This document shows positions 27,479 through 37,406 of a DNA stretch of 64,000 nt, one piece after another. The number at the start of each line of letters is the position of its first letter. The first letter of the stretch is position 1. Below the pieces are notes generated by a model. That model made no database searches. It was given only the letters and a program-made list of their open reading frames with translations, and was not told where the DNA came from. Made by a program: the position numbers and the translations under genes. The stretch spans positions 7,403 to 71,402 of the forward strand of contig CAYLYF010000002.1 of NCBI GenBank assembly GCA_964387595.1. Direction: 5' to 3'. This DNA comes from an uncultured Thermodesulfobacteriota bacterium. Lineage in GTDB: Bacteria; Desulfobacterota; WTBG01; CAIYCZ01; CAIRTM01.

Positions 27479-28963
27479 ATGGTTAATCCACAAAAAAGGC
27501 TTGTTATTGTTTCTAACCGTCTGCCCGTTATTATTGATAAAATTAACGGCGGCTGGGAAGTCAAGGAAGGGTCCGGCGGTCTGGTCACAGCTCTTGCTCC
27601 TGTACTGAGGAACAGGGGCGGTGTATGGATCGGATGGCCCGGTACTGTTATGAATGATGAGGTTGAGACACTTCTTACTTCGGAAACCAGGGACACCGGT
27701 TATCAGTTGAAACCGGTAACACTGACCTCGTATGAAATTGATAAGTATTATCATGGATTTGCCAATGAAATTATTTGGCCGCTTTTTCATGATCTGCAGT
27801 CAAGATGTAACTTTGATCCTGAGTTCTGGCAGGTTTATCAGGCTGTTAATAAAAAATTTGCTGAAGTGATTCTTCAAAATACGAAGACGGATGATTATAT
27901 ATGGGTTCATGATTATCAGTTGATGAATGTTGCAAAAGAAATGCGTGTTTCTAATCCGCAAATCAAGGTCGGATTTTTTATGCACATTCCTTTTCCTTCC
28001 CTTGATATTTTTCTAAAACTGCCATGGAGACATGAACTGCTAAGTTCACTTCTTGAATATGATCTGATCGGTTTTCAAACGATGCGGGACAGAAGAAATT
28101 TTATACAGTGTGTAAAGACTCTTGTAAAAGATGTTGCCGTGCAGGGTAAGGGACAGGTACTAACAGTTCTGTCCAGAGATAGAAAAATAAAAGTCGGTCA
28201 TTTCCCCATAAGTATTGATTATAAATATTTTGTTGATAAGACAGCAACCCAAGAGGTGTCAGACTGTGCCTGGTTTATACATGAAAATTTAAATGATCGC
28301 CAGATTCTACTTGGAATTGACAGACTTGATTATACGAAGGGAATCATCGAAAGACTGAAAGCTTTTGAAAATGCTTTAATCAGATATCCTGAATTAAGAG
28401 GTAAGGCATCATTTATACAGATCGTTGTACCCAGCAGAACCCGAATAACCGAGTATAAGACCCTGAGATCTGAAATAGAGGAGACCGTGGGAAATATCAA
28501 CGGCAGGTTTACAAAATACGGATGGGTGCCTATTCATTATATATTCGGCAGCCTCGATTTTTATGAACTGCTTGCATATTATAAGTCTTCTGAAATTGCT
28601 GTTATCACCCCGCTTAAAGACGGTATGAATCTGGTGGCAAAAGAATACTGTGCCTGCAGTCTTGATGGGAATGGCGTGCTGATCTTAAGCGAATTTGCCG
28701 GTGCTTCTGCACAGCTGCACCGGGGCGCCATTATGGTTAATCCCTATGACGTAGATAAGGTGGCGGATGCTATCTATCAAGCATTTAAAATGAATGCTGA
28801 TGAAAAAATAACCCGAATGAGAAAAATGAGACACTCAATTAAAAAACAGGATGTCTTTTGGTGGGTGGACTCTTTCCTGCAGGCGGCTTTTACGGAAAAT
28901 CTTAATAACTTTCCTGTCCTTGAACATTATGATTATATGCCTCAAATCGAAATTTCAACATAG
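27479..28963 (+). CDS. otsA: Alpha,alpha-trehalose-phosphate synthase (GT20, OtsA-like)
   Basis: N-terminal VSNRLP...GGLVTAL...WIGWPG is present and GT20 motifs run throughout (HDYQL, IDRLDYTKG, PLKDGMNLVAKEY). The ORF is 494 aa. Confidence 0.85.
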   Translation: MVNPQKRLVIVSNRLPVIIDKINGGWEVKEGSGGLVTALAPVLRNRGGVWIGWPGTVMNDEVETLLTSETRDTGYQLKPVTLTSYEIDKYYHGFANEIIWPLFHDLQSRCNFDPEFWQVYQAVNKKFAEVILQNTKTDDYIWVHDYQLMNVAKEMRVSNPQIKVGFFMHIPFPSLDIFLKLPWRHELLSSLLEYDLIGFQTMRDRRNFIQCVKTLVKDVAVQGKGQVLTVLSRDRKIKVGHFPISIDYKYFVDKTATQEVSDCAWFIHENLNDRQILLGIDRLDYTKGIIERLKAFENALIRYPELRGKASFIQIVVPSRTRITEYKTLRSEIEETVGNINGRFTKYGWVPIHYIFGSLDFYELLAYYKSSEIAVITPLKDGMNLVAKEYCACSLDGNGVLILSEFAGASAQLHRGAIMVNPYDVDKVADAIYQAFKMNADEKITRMRKMRHSIKKQDVFWWVDSFLQAAFTENLNNFPVLEHYDYMPQIEIST

Positions 28964-28973
28964 GAGCATTAAA

Positions 28974-29810
28974 ATGATCAAAAGTATTTTAATTCCTGTA
29001 GATGGTTCAGAGAACAGCAAAATAGCGGTTGCGTACGCGATGTTTTTTGCAGAGTTTTTTAATGCAGAGACCTGCGGACTTAATGTTATTGACATTAGAT
29101 CGCTTGAAGGACCTTTTTTAAGTGATATCAGTGCATCTCTTGGCTTTGCACCGTTCCAAAACTATCTTCCTAAATTTGAACAGATATTAGAGGAGAGAAG
29201 CGATCTCATCCTTAGCAGTATTGCGGATATTGTCAATAAAACAAAAATAAAGTTTAGACAAAAAAAACTCACCGGTGTCGTGTCGACAATTATTTCTGAG
29301 GAGTCAAAAAAATTTGATCTGGTTGTTGTTGCTCAAAGAGGGGAGCATGAACAGTGGTCAACAGGACTTTTAGGATCAACAACCGAATCTGTTGTGAGAA
29401 AAGCACCACGACCGGTTTTGGTAACGCCTAACAATTTTAGACAAATAAAAAAAGTAACTGTTGCATATGATGGAGCGGTCGAATCAAGTAACGCTTTAAA
29501 GACAGCCTGTGAGATCTTTTTAACTAATGATTTTGAGGTTACGGTTGTTATGGTAACGGATGATATTGAGACAAAAGACAGGCTTTCTGCTGAAGTGAAG
29601 GAGTATACGGCTCCATATAATAAGGAGGTTGACATTGTAGCCTTAACGGGTGATGCCGGTAAAGAGATCTTAAATTACGCCGAGGAAAATGGTATGGATC
29701 TTATAATAATGGGTGCGTTCAGTCATGGCAGGTTCCATGATATTATCCTCGGAGGTACTGCTGCCTATATCATAAGAAAGTCGACAATACCCGTCCTGTT
29801 AAACAAGTGA
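28974..29810 (+). CDS. Universal stress protein, tandem UspA domains
   Basis: There are two Usp domains (ILIPVDGSENS ... and VAYDG...; a G-x2-G-x9-G(S/T)-like ATP-binding motif near each C-terminus). The start is taken at ATG 28974, preceded by AGGAG; the track ORF begins upstream at 28851. Confidence 0.8.
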   Translation: MIKSILIPVDGSENSKIAVAYAMFFAEFFNAETCGLNVIDIRSLEGPFLSDISASLGFAPFQNYLPKFEQILEERSDLILSSIADIVNKTKIKFRQKKLTGVVSTIISEESKKFDLVVVAQRGEHEQWSTGLLGSTTESVVRKAPRPVLVTPNNFRQIKKVTVAYDGAVESSNALKTACEIFLTNDFEVTVVMVTDDIETKDRLSAEVKEYTAPYNKEVDIVALTGDAGKEILNYAEENGMDLIIMGAFSHGRFHDIILGGTAAYIIRKSTIPVLLNK

Positions 29811-29823
29811 TTAGACATTTATG

Positions 29824-30609
29824 TTAAATTGTTTTATCCATTAAGTCTTTTATTTCCGGCCAGTAATCCTTGTCCATCATGTGACGGGTATCAATTTTTG
29901 AAAGGGATTTCAAGAGTGAAGATCTAATCCCTGGAAACTGATCTGAAAGATCCGTTATCAGATTCTTTATTCTCAATCTGTTTCCAGCTGTTTTTTTTGC
30001 AGGACATTTGTTGTCAGGAATGGGAAATCCGGCACTTTTGATAAAATTAATTATGATGTTTTCGTGTACATAACATAAGGGCCGAATAACGGTGTTCCTT
30101 CCGTCTTCAGAGTACAGCAGCGGAGACATGGATTTTATTCTGCCGTTAAAAAACTGGTTTAAAAGAAGTGTTTCTATAAAATCATCCGCATGATGACCCA
30201 GTGCAATCTTATTATAATTATTTTCAAATGCAATTCTATAAAGTATCCCGCGTCTCAGGCGTGAACAAAACGAGCAGATACTTTTCCCCGGTGTTTTAAA
30301 ACCCGATAATACTTCAGATATATTTGATCTTTCTGTTATAGGATCTAGATCAGAATAATTTTTGATGATATATTCGGAGATCAGAGAAGTGTCGAAATCA
30401 GGGAAACCCGGATCTATGGTTACAGGGTGAAGCTCAAAGTCAACCGGTGCTTTTTTACGCAGCTCATAAAGAACATGAAGCAATGTCCAGCTGTCTTTTC
30501 CTCCCGAAAGTGCCACAAGTATTCTGTCGCCATTTTTTATGAGGTTGAAATCACCTATGGCTTTGCCTGTTTTTGTTGTTAAGTACTTAGTCAGATTCAT
30601 GAAGGTCAA
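29824..30609 (-). CDS. ttcA: tRNA 2-thiocytidine biosynthesis protein TtcA-like PP-loop ATPase
   Basis: The SGGKDS PP-loop and the CSFCSRLRRG Fe-S cysteine motif typical of TtcA are present. Confidence 0.75.
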   Translation of the reverse strand: MTFMNLTKYLTTKTGKAIGDFNLIKNGDRILVALSGGKDSWTLLHVLYELRKKAPVDFELHPVTIDPGFPDFDTSLISEYIIKNYSDLDPITERSNISEVLSGFKTPGKSICSFCSRLRRGILYRIAFENNYNKIALGHHADDFIETLLLNQFFNGRIKSMSPLLYSEDGRNTVIRPLCYVHENIIINFIKSAGFPIPDNKCPAKKTAGNRLRIKNLITDLSDQFPGIRSSLLKSLSKIDTRHMMDKDYWPEIKDLMDKTI

Positions 30610-30648
30610 TATTTAATTAAGGTGAATTTAAAGATGCGGGTATAAGCG

Positions 30649-31959
30649 TTATTCTTTTCTAAGATAGGACAGTTCTTTTGGAAGCGGGGTGCTGTTTCCC
30701 ATATTATCTTCGCCATAATTGACTTTTGCTAGAATCTGGAGGTCTTTAATGGCAAGGGTTTCGCCGTGAAATTCAATTTCTGTGATGTTCTCTTTTTTTA
30801 TCATGCCGCCTGCCCACATAAGATCTATAACACTTGAGGCATCAAATTCTTTTTCATTCGCGATCATTGTAACTTTTGAGCCGTAATGATTGGCCACTTT
30901 TGCAACGAGTGTTGAGGGCCTGAGATGAAAGCCAAGTCCATCAGGAACATTCACAGCAGCTGAGCTAAAAACACTGTATCTATTTAGAATATTTTGAGCA
31001 ATGGTATTACCCTGTTTTATAAAAAAAGTATAATAATATAAAGAAAAATTGATGACAGTATCTGTAACTTTTTTGCGTTTTATGATTTTTGATATTCTTT
31101 GATGGGTGCATTCGTTACGGATAGTGGTTTCATGGCGTTCAATGAAGTGACAGAGCTCCTTTGCGATACCGAGCAAATGAAGTGTTATGGAGATGTGACC
31201 GCGTAAAGTGCGGAGGTCATTGTCCTGAGATTCAAGCGGTGTTTTATGAATATAAGTGTCATACATTGACTGCGCATTATGAGTCGCAGATTCGATATGC
31301 CGAAGAGTCTCTTCATTGATCCTGTCCGGGATGTAGTCTGAATCAAGATTTTTTGCTGGGATCTTTTTGGTAAAGATAACTTTTGCGGAAGCATTAAAGG
31401 AATTGGTATATTCTGTCGCAACTCTGTTAACTTTTGCTTTGACATCAGTTGTCTCGGATTCATCAATATTTTGAGGTAATGTTTTAACAGCAATTGACTC
31501 AATAAAATCTTCATCTTTTAATTTGCCCTTCGGGATCTTTAATCCCAGGCTTTCGGCTTCATTTATAAGGTTTTTAAACAGGAGAAGTATTGATTCATCA
31601 AGAAAAGACAATTGCTTTTTTGCATCATTCGTAAAATCTTTTACATATTTACCTTCAAGCTTGTAATGATTTATCCTGCGGATGATATGGCTAATGGTGT
31701 ATGCTGTCCTGGAAAAGTTTCTGATCGATGCGATCAGTTCACCAAAAAATAACCATTTTTTATTATTTCTTGCGCCATGGTCATCAAGAAAATCTTCAAG
31801 CTCCATCGATTCTTTAACCAGTGATACATAGTGCTTTTTGTTAAGATTGTTTTCTATGTTTCCGGTAAAGCATGACGCAAAATTAAGGATATCAAAGGCG
31901 GGTTTTGCCGCGAGTTTTGAAAAGTCATCTTCAGTTATAATTTCAGAAAAAAATTTCAT
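30649..31959 (-). CDS. Protein with C-terminal HPr (phosphocarrier) domain fused to a ~330-aa N-terminal region of unknown function
   Basis: The last ~90 aa (VNVPDGLGFHLRPSTLVAKVANHYGSKVTM...LMWAGGM...) match the HPr fold signature, including the His in GFHLRPS. The N-terminal two thirds has no recognisable motif. Confidence 0.6.
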   Translation of the reverse strand: MKFFSEIITEDDFSKLAAKPAFDILNFASCFTGNIENNLNKKHYVSLVKESMELEDFLDDHGARNNKKWLFFGELIASIRNFSRTAYTISHIIRRINHYKLEGKYVKDFTNDAKKQLSFLDESILLLFKNLINEAESLGLKIPKGKLKDEDFIESIAVKTLPQNIDESETTDVKAKVNRVATEYTNSFNASAKVIFTKKIPAKNLDSDYIPDRINEETLRHIESATHNAQSMYDTYIHKTPLESQDNDLRTLRGHISITLHLLGIAKELCHFIERHETTIRNECTHQRISKIIKRKKVTDTVINFSLYYYTFFIKQGNTIAQNILNRYSVFSSAAVNVPDGLGFHLRPSTLVAKVANHYGSKVTMIANEKEFDASSVIDLMWAGGMIKKENITEIEFHGETLAIKDLQILAKVNYGEDNMGNSTPLPKELSYLRKE

Positions 31960-31977
31960 AATTGTTTTGAAAGAGGG

Positions 31978-33954
31978 TTAGAAAATAGATTGTAAGACTG
32001 CTGTATTTTTTAAATCGACAATTAATAATCCAAGATCATTTTTGCAACTTCTGCTGGATGTTTTTTCTATTAAGCGGTTTATGAATGCGCAGCTTTCCTT
32101 TATTAAATTATCCGAAATTCCAGTTTTCCCTGTATTCTTATGGCTAATTAAAGCGCTGTAAACATTTGACAGGATATTTCTGGATTGATTTAGAAGTTCA
32201 GGATTATTCTTTAGAATGGATGTGATCTCAAATGCATTTTTATAATATGCCAGCACATGTTTTTTTAAAGGATTATTATTAACAAGAATTAAATTACGAT
32301 AATTTCTAAAAGCTTCAAGCATTGACAGTTTAGAAGCGCTGGTTCTGGTTGTTTCTGAAAGGGAGAAAAGGATAGGGCAGTAGGTCAAACGAACATCAAC
32401 CTCTTTTGGAATGCTGCTGTCAGCTTCAAAGTTATAATGCGTTGAAGTAATATAACCCTCTGCTTTGTAGCTGATATTTGTACTGCATTCAGCAGGAAGC
32501 GTTATTGTATAATAACCCGAACTGTCTGTTGTTGTTGTCGCTCCATGGTCGGCCTTAACCGTCGCATCCGCAACAGGATTGCCTGAAAATCTGTCATAAA
32601 CATGACCTTTTAGTATACCCGTTGAAGAAGGGGTTATGACAATATCCTGCTGCAGATAATCTCCGGTGTCTACGGAAACCGGGGCTGCAGCCTGTCCGTA
32701 ACACTCATGTGATACGGACAGGGTATATGTCCCCGGCGAAATATTTTCCAGCGTATATGTACCGTCAATATCTGTATCACCTGATGTAAGAAGTGTATCG
32801 TCAATACTGACCTGAGCGCCCTTAATTTTATGTCCGTCAATGCCGTCAGTAATTTCTCCGGATATTGTTGCCAACGGGTCAAGGTTTATGTCAATTGTAA
32901 CTGAAATTCCGTATAAAAAAGTTGCTGGAATCACAAAGTCAGAGTAACCGATTTTTGCTGCAGTTATATTTGAAGAACAGATCGATGCATAAACTTTATA
33001 TTCACCGATAATATTACTGAAACTTATTTCACCGGTATCGGTAGTCAATTCAACATCGCTAATAGGATTGCCGGTTATAGAATCCGTAATTATTCCTTTT
33101 ACCAGGCCAAAATTATTCTTATTAGGAGTCAGTGTGAAATCAAGCTCGTTTGCCATTGATAGGGGAAGCGTTTTTAAGGATTTATATGAAAACTGGTAGC
33201 CTGAAGCTGAGACAAAAATAGTGGTCAGTCCGGAAGGTGCTTTAATCGTAAAAGTACCGTCTTTTGCCGAGTCGACTTTTGCATTTAAACAAATTATATC
33301 TGCGTCCGTTATTATTGCGCCGGTGCATTGGTCCGTAATTGTACCGGTAATAATGACTTCATCATTATTGTGAGGCGCCAGCTGCACATTCATTATAGTT
33401 GTTATGATCGGCAGGATCTGAGTAGAGGATGAAATAGCAGATTCAAAATCTTCAGCACAGACGGTAAGACTGTTCACGCCAGAAGGCGTGGCCATATTAA
33501 AAAGACCGTCTTCGTCAGTGACTGAAATACCGCCGAGATTGCTCATAACATATGCATTTTTAATCGGCTTGCCAGACGTTTTGCCGGTTATTTTGCCTTT
33601 AATATAACCTGTCACCGTTGATGACGGGATGAGCAGTATGTCAATATTTGTTGTCTGTCCGGGATTCGCAGGGATGCCGGATATAAAATTTGATTTATAA
33701 CCGGGAGCTGAAAAGATTATTCGATATATATCCGGCGGAACCCGCAGAGAAAATGTTCCTGCAGTTGTAAACGTTGAAACTCCGGTTGTGGTTGTTATGG
33801 CTGTGCCCGGAATTAGACTGTTCCTGAATGCATCGTGTATGGTCCCTTTTATAAAGGCTGGCTGTATGGCATAGCTGGTTGATGTTAATATTAGACATAT
33901 TATCAAAAATACGGGTATGTATAAGATGATCGCTGGTCTGGTTTTATCTGCCAT
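31978..33954 (-). CDS. Secreted protein with multiple carboxypeptidase-regulatory-like (CarbopepD_reg/Ig-like beta-sandwich) repeats
   Basis: A signal peptide starting at MADKTRPAIILYIPVFLII is followed by repeated ~80-aa units with the G(x)I(x)D(x)2TGxPI(x)2A pattern. Confidence 0.6.
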   Translation of the reverse strand: MADKTRPAIILYIPVFLIICLILTSTSYAIQPAFIKGTIHDAFRNSLIPGTAITTTTGVSTFTTAGTFSLRVPPDIYRIIFSAPGYKSNFISGIPANPGQTTNIDILLIPSSTVTGYIKGKITGKTSGKPIKNAYVMSNLGGISVTDEDGLFNMATPSGVNSLTVCAEDFESAISSSTQILPIITTIMNVQLAPHNNDEVIITGTITDQCTGAIITDADIICLNAKVDSAKDGTFTIKAPSGLTTIFVSASGYQFSYKSLKTLPLSMANELDFTLTPNKNNFGLVKGIITDSITGNPISDVELTTDTGEISFSNIIGEYKVYASICSSNITAAKIGYSDFVIPATFLYGISVTIDINLDPLATISGEITDGIDGHKIKGAQVSIDDTLLTSGDTDIDGTYTLENISPGTYTLSVSHECYGQAAAPVSVDTGDYLQQDIVITPSSTGILKGHVYDRFSGNPVADATVKADHGATTTTDSSGYYTITLPAECSTNISYKAEGYITSTHYNFEADSSIPKEVDVRLTYCPILFSLSETTRTSASKLSMLEAFRNYRNLILVNNNPLKKHVLAYYKNAFEITSILKNNPELLNQSRNILSNVYSALISHKNTGKTGISDNLIKESCAFINRLIEKTSSRSCKNDLGLLIVDLKNTAVLQSIF

Positions 33955-34049
33955 GGTTCTCAGGTTCCATGAGGATGAAAAATAAAGGGTTAATAAAACC
34001 GGCTGGTTATTCACTTGAATGATTTATGCTAAACATTCTGCTGGGTGGA

Positions 34050-34256
34050 TTAATCTTCGGTCTGTAATTCTTCTTTAGGCTGTGATGCTGGTTTTTTTGC
34101 TTTAATTTTATCAAGAAGTCCTGCCGGCTCAAACTCAATTTCAAATTCTTCTGCTTTATCATCAACATCTGGTAAATTTTCGATCTCTTTTGAACGGTTT
34201 GATCTTTCTTCTTCAGTCAGGTGATTCTCTGTTAGCCTTTTATCAGTTTTGTACAT
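34050..34256 (-). CDS. Hypothetical small acidic protein (68 aa)
   Basis: The ORF comes from the track only. It is highly charged (E/D/K-rich) with no recognisable domain. Confidence 0.3.
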   Translation of the reverse strand: MYKTDKRLTENHLTEEERSNRSKEIENLPDVDDKAEEFEIEFEPAGLLDKIKAKKPASQPKEELQTED

Positions 34257-34278
34257 TTTTGATTTATCCTGTTTTAGA

Positions 34279-34638
34279 TTAATTATTACCTATTGATTTG
34301 TATAGATCTTTCATATCAACAACTACTTCTTTTAAGGCCAGTTTGTATTTTTCCTGTGAAAACCCGAGGGGGAGCTGTTTTTCCGGTTTCTCATTGACCC
34401 TTATTTTTTTCTTAGCGCCCGCAATTGTGAATTTTTCATCATAAAGCATCTTCTTTATCTTGATGACAGATTCAACATCTTTTCGGCGGTACAATCTTTG
34501 ATTTGATTTGGTTCGGTAAGGTTTAACCAGTTTGAACTCAGATTCCCAGTATCTCAGAATATAGGGTTCTACCCCTGTTATACTGCTGACTTCTCCAATT
34601 TTAAAATAAAGTTTATCCGGTATTATTTCAGACATCAA
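34279..34638 (-). CDS. MerR family transcriptional regulator
   Basis: The N-terminal HTH (YFKIGEVSSITGVEPYILRYWESEF) is characteristic of MerR. It lies downstream of ihfA, a pairing I recall (from memory, unchecked) as common in Deltaproteobacteria. Confidence 0.8.
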   Translation of the reverse strand: MMSEIIPDKLYFKIGEVSSITGVEPYILRYWESEFKLVKPYRTKSNQRLYRRKDVESVIKIKKMLYDEKFTIAGAKKKIRVNEKPEKQLPLGFSQEKYKLALKEVVVDMKDLYKSIGNN

Positions 34639-34662
34639 AACAACCCTTAATTAGACTGCGAT

Positions 34663-34938
34663 TTATTCGTTCAATGCTTTTTTTAATACTGGACTGGCTT
34701 TAAATGTCAAAACACTGCGGGCTGATATTTCTATTGCCTCACCTGTTTGTGGATTCCTCCCGCGGCGAATATTTTTGTCTCTTACATTAAAATTACCAAA
34801 ACCGGAAATCTTAACTTTGATGCCTTTTTCAAGCTCAGATCTCATTATCTCAAAAACCAGTTCTACGATCTGGATGGATTCTTTTTTTGAGAGTCCTATT
34901 CTCTCATATATTGAATCTACTAAATCAGCTTTTGTCAT
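34663..34938 (-). CDS. ihfA: Integration host factor subunit alpha
   Basis: The 91-aa ORF has the IHF/HU fold with GFGNFxxRxKxxRxGRNPxTGExIxIxAR beta-arm motifs. Its position after pheT matches E. coli. Confidence 0.85.
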   Translation of the reverse strand: MTKADLVDSIYERIGLSKKESIQIVELVFEIMRSELEKGIKVKISGFGNFNVRDKNIRRGRNPQTGEAIEISARSVLTFKASPVLKKALNE

Positions 34939-34965
34939 AAATGAGCTCCTTCATTAATTTAGTGT

Positions 34966-37377
34966 TTAAATTCTTAGCTCGATTCCTAAAACAGTATAAA
35001 GATAAGATACTAATTTGTCACGTATTTTATTAACTTCTTTGTCTGTTAAGGTCCTATTATCAGAATGAAATTTTATTCTGAATGCGAGACTTTTTTTACC
35101 TTTTTCTATATTATTTCCCTGGTAGAAATCAAATATTTTAATTTCAGAGATCAGCTTATTTTGAAAGCTTGAAATAGCCTCCAGAATCTTATCTGCGGTC
35201 ATGCTATTATCAACTAAAAGGGCTAAATCCCGGTATACTGAAGGATTCCTCGAAAAAGGAACAAATTTGGGACTGTTTGACGTGTATTTCAGGAGTTTTT
35301 GGAAGTCCATCTCAAACATATACGCACTGTTTTCAATCCCGAAATTTTCGAGGATATCAGGGTGTACTTCGCCGAGCGTTCCGATATTTTCATTATTTAT
35401 CATGATCGTAAGGGTTTTTAATGGATGGAAATAAGGTTCCTTAAAATCAGTGGTGAAAGTAAATTCATTAATATTCAGCCTGTTAAACAGGGTCTCAACA
35501 GTATTTTTAACATCATAAAAGTCACTATTTTCGTTTTTTATACTCCAGTTTTCACTGTTTCTTAATCCGGAGATTAACCCGGATATTTTTTTTGATTCTA
35601 TATGCTCTGAGTCATTACTGCCTTTTAAGAAAATATTGCTGATCTCAAAAAATTTAATACTTGAGATATTGTTGTTTTGATTATGCTTTAGATTGAGAAG
35701 CAGGCTGGGCAGAATCGAGGTCCGCATGACTGACTGGTCGGCAGATAAAGGATTTAATATTTTCATATGCTGCGTTCTTGGATCAGAATCATCGAAGTTC
35801 ATTGCGTTTAAATTTTCAGGTGCAACAAAGCTGTAATTTATGACTTCTGAGTATCCCATTGATATGATAATGTCCCGGAGTTTTCCCGCAAAATTTATGG
35901 ATTGATTTGCCTGTTTAGCCGTTAGCGATGCTTTTGGAAAGGTTACCGGAATGTTATCATATCCATTAATTCTTGCGATCTCCTCAACAAGATCGATCTC
36001 TCTGTTAATATCATATCTGTAGCTGGGTGCGATTATAGTGAGAAGGTCAGGCGCCTCATTAATGATCTGCATGTTGAGTTTGATCATTATCTGTTTTACT
36101 TCATCAAAAGAAAGAGAAAGACCCAGGGTGCTGTTTGCTTTGGATATTTTAAGTTCAATTTGTGTCTGTTTCTTATGGGTATCTGAAGAAACATCAATAC
36201 AGCCTTTTAGTACGGTTCCTTCAGCAAGTTCAGATATCAAGACGGCTGCCCTGTCCAGAGCAGAAAGTACCGTATTAATATCGATCCCCTTTTCAAAACG
36301 AAGTGATGCTTCGGATTTTAAATTAATTTTTCTGCTTGTTTTTGAAATTGAGGCGGGATCAAAATAGGCACTTTCAACAAGAACTGAATCTGTCTTATCT
36401 GTAATTCCTGATTTTAAACCGCCCATGATTCCGCCGATCGCAACAGGAGATTCATTGTCGCATATCAGTACTGAACCTTCCGGAAGCGTTCTTTCAGCTT
36501 CATCAAGGGTGATAAATTTCTCATTTTTTATCGATTCCCTTACAATTATTTTACGGCCCTTAATCAGGTTTGAATCAAAAGCATGTAAAGGCTGACCCCA
36601 TTCAAGAAGGATGTAGTTTGTTATGTCAACGATATTATTTATTGACCTGATACCGCAATTTTCAAGTCTTCTTCTCATCCATAATGGAGACGGCTTGATC
36701 TCAACATTATTAATAAGACGGGCGGTATATTTTGAACACAATTCAGGTGTGTTTACTTCAACTTTAACTGTTTTTTCAATTTCGCAGCCTGTTTCTTTCA
36801 CCGTAAATTCAGGTAAAGTGATAGGTATATTGTAAATGGCAGAGACTTCACGCGCAATTCCGATAACGCTTAAGCAGTCTGACCTGTTGGGGGTGATGCC
36901 CAGGTCAAGCACAGTGTCTGAAAGGTTCAGTGCATCTTTTATCGGGGTTCCCGGCTTAAGGTCGGAAGACAGATGTATAATACCTGAACCATCAGTGCCG
37001 AGGCCAAGTTCTGGTTCAGAACAGATCATTCCTTGTGAGACTTCACCTCTTATCTTTGATTTTTTGATTCCCATTCCGTTAGGAAGTTTAGCGCCGGGAA
37101 GGGCCAGTACGACCTTAATCCCGTCACTGATATTCGGTGCACCGCAAACCACCGGGATCTCTTCTGTTCCGGTGTTTATTTTGGTAAGAGAAAGTTTATC
37201 CGCATTGGGATGGGGACTGACTTTAATTATTTCAGCAACAATTATATCGTTCCACTGGGAACCCACTTCGATTATTTCTTCCACCTCGATGCCTGCCATG
37301 GTGAGATCATGTGATAGCTCATCTATGGATTTATCGATCTTTACGAAATCTTTTAACCAATTAAGACTTAGAAGCAT
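34966..37377 (-). CDS. pheT: Phenylalanine--tRNA ligase beta subunit
   Basis: The 803-aa ORF has a tRNA-binding domain, B3/B4 and B5 domains and FDX-ACB. It follows pheS. Confidence 0.95.
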   Translation of the reverse strand: MLLSLNWLKDFVKIDKSIDELSHDLTMAGIEVEEIIEVGSQWNDIIVAEIIKVSPHPNADKLSLTKINTGTEEIPVVCGAPNISDGIKVVLALPGAKLPNGMGIKKSKIRGEVSQGMICSEPELGLGTDGSGIIHLSSDLKPGTPIKDALNLSDTVLDLGITPNRSDCLSVIGIAREVSAIYNIPITLPEFTVKETGCEIEKTVKVEVNTPELCSKYTARLINNVEIKPSPLWMRRRLENCGIRSINNIVDITNYILLEWGQPLHAFDSNLIKGRKIIVRESIKNEKFITLDEAERTLPEGSVLICDNESPVAIGGIMGGLKSGITDKTDSVLVESAYFDPASISKTSRKINLKSEASLRFEKGIDINTVLSALDRAAVLISELAEGTVLKGCIDVSSDTHKKQTQIELKISKANSTLGLSLSFDEVKQIMIKLNMQIINEAPDLLTIIAPSYRYDINREIDLVEEIARINGYDNIPVTFPKASLTAKQANQSINFAGKLRDIIISMGYSEVINYSFVAPENLNAMNFDDSDPRTQHMKILNPLSADQSVMRTSILPSLLLNLKHNQNNNISSIKFFEISNIFLKGSNDSEHIESKKISGLISGLRNSENWSIKNENSDFYDVKNTVETLFNRLNINEFTFTTDFKEPYFHPLKTLTIMINNENIGTLGEVHPDILENFGIENSAYMFEMDFQKLLKYTSNSPKFVPFSRNPSVYRDLALLVDNSMTADKILEAISSFQNKLISEIKIFDFYQGNNIEKGKKSLAFRIKFHSDNRTLTDKEVNKIRDKLVSYLYTVLGIELRI

Positions 37378-37406
37378 AATTTAACCTGTTAGGATTGAAG
37401 GCTTTA

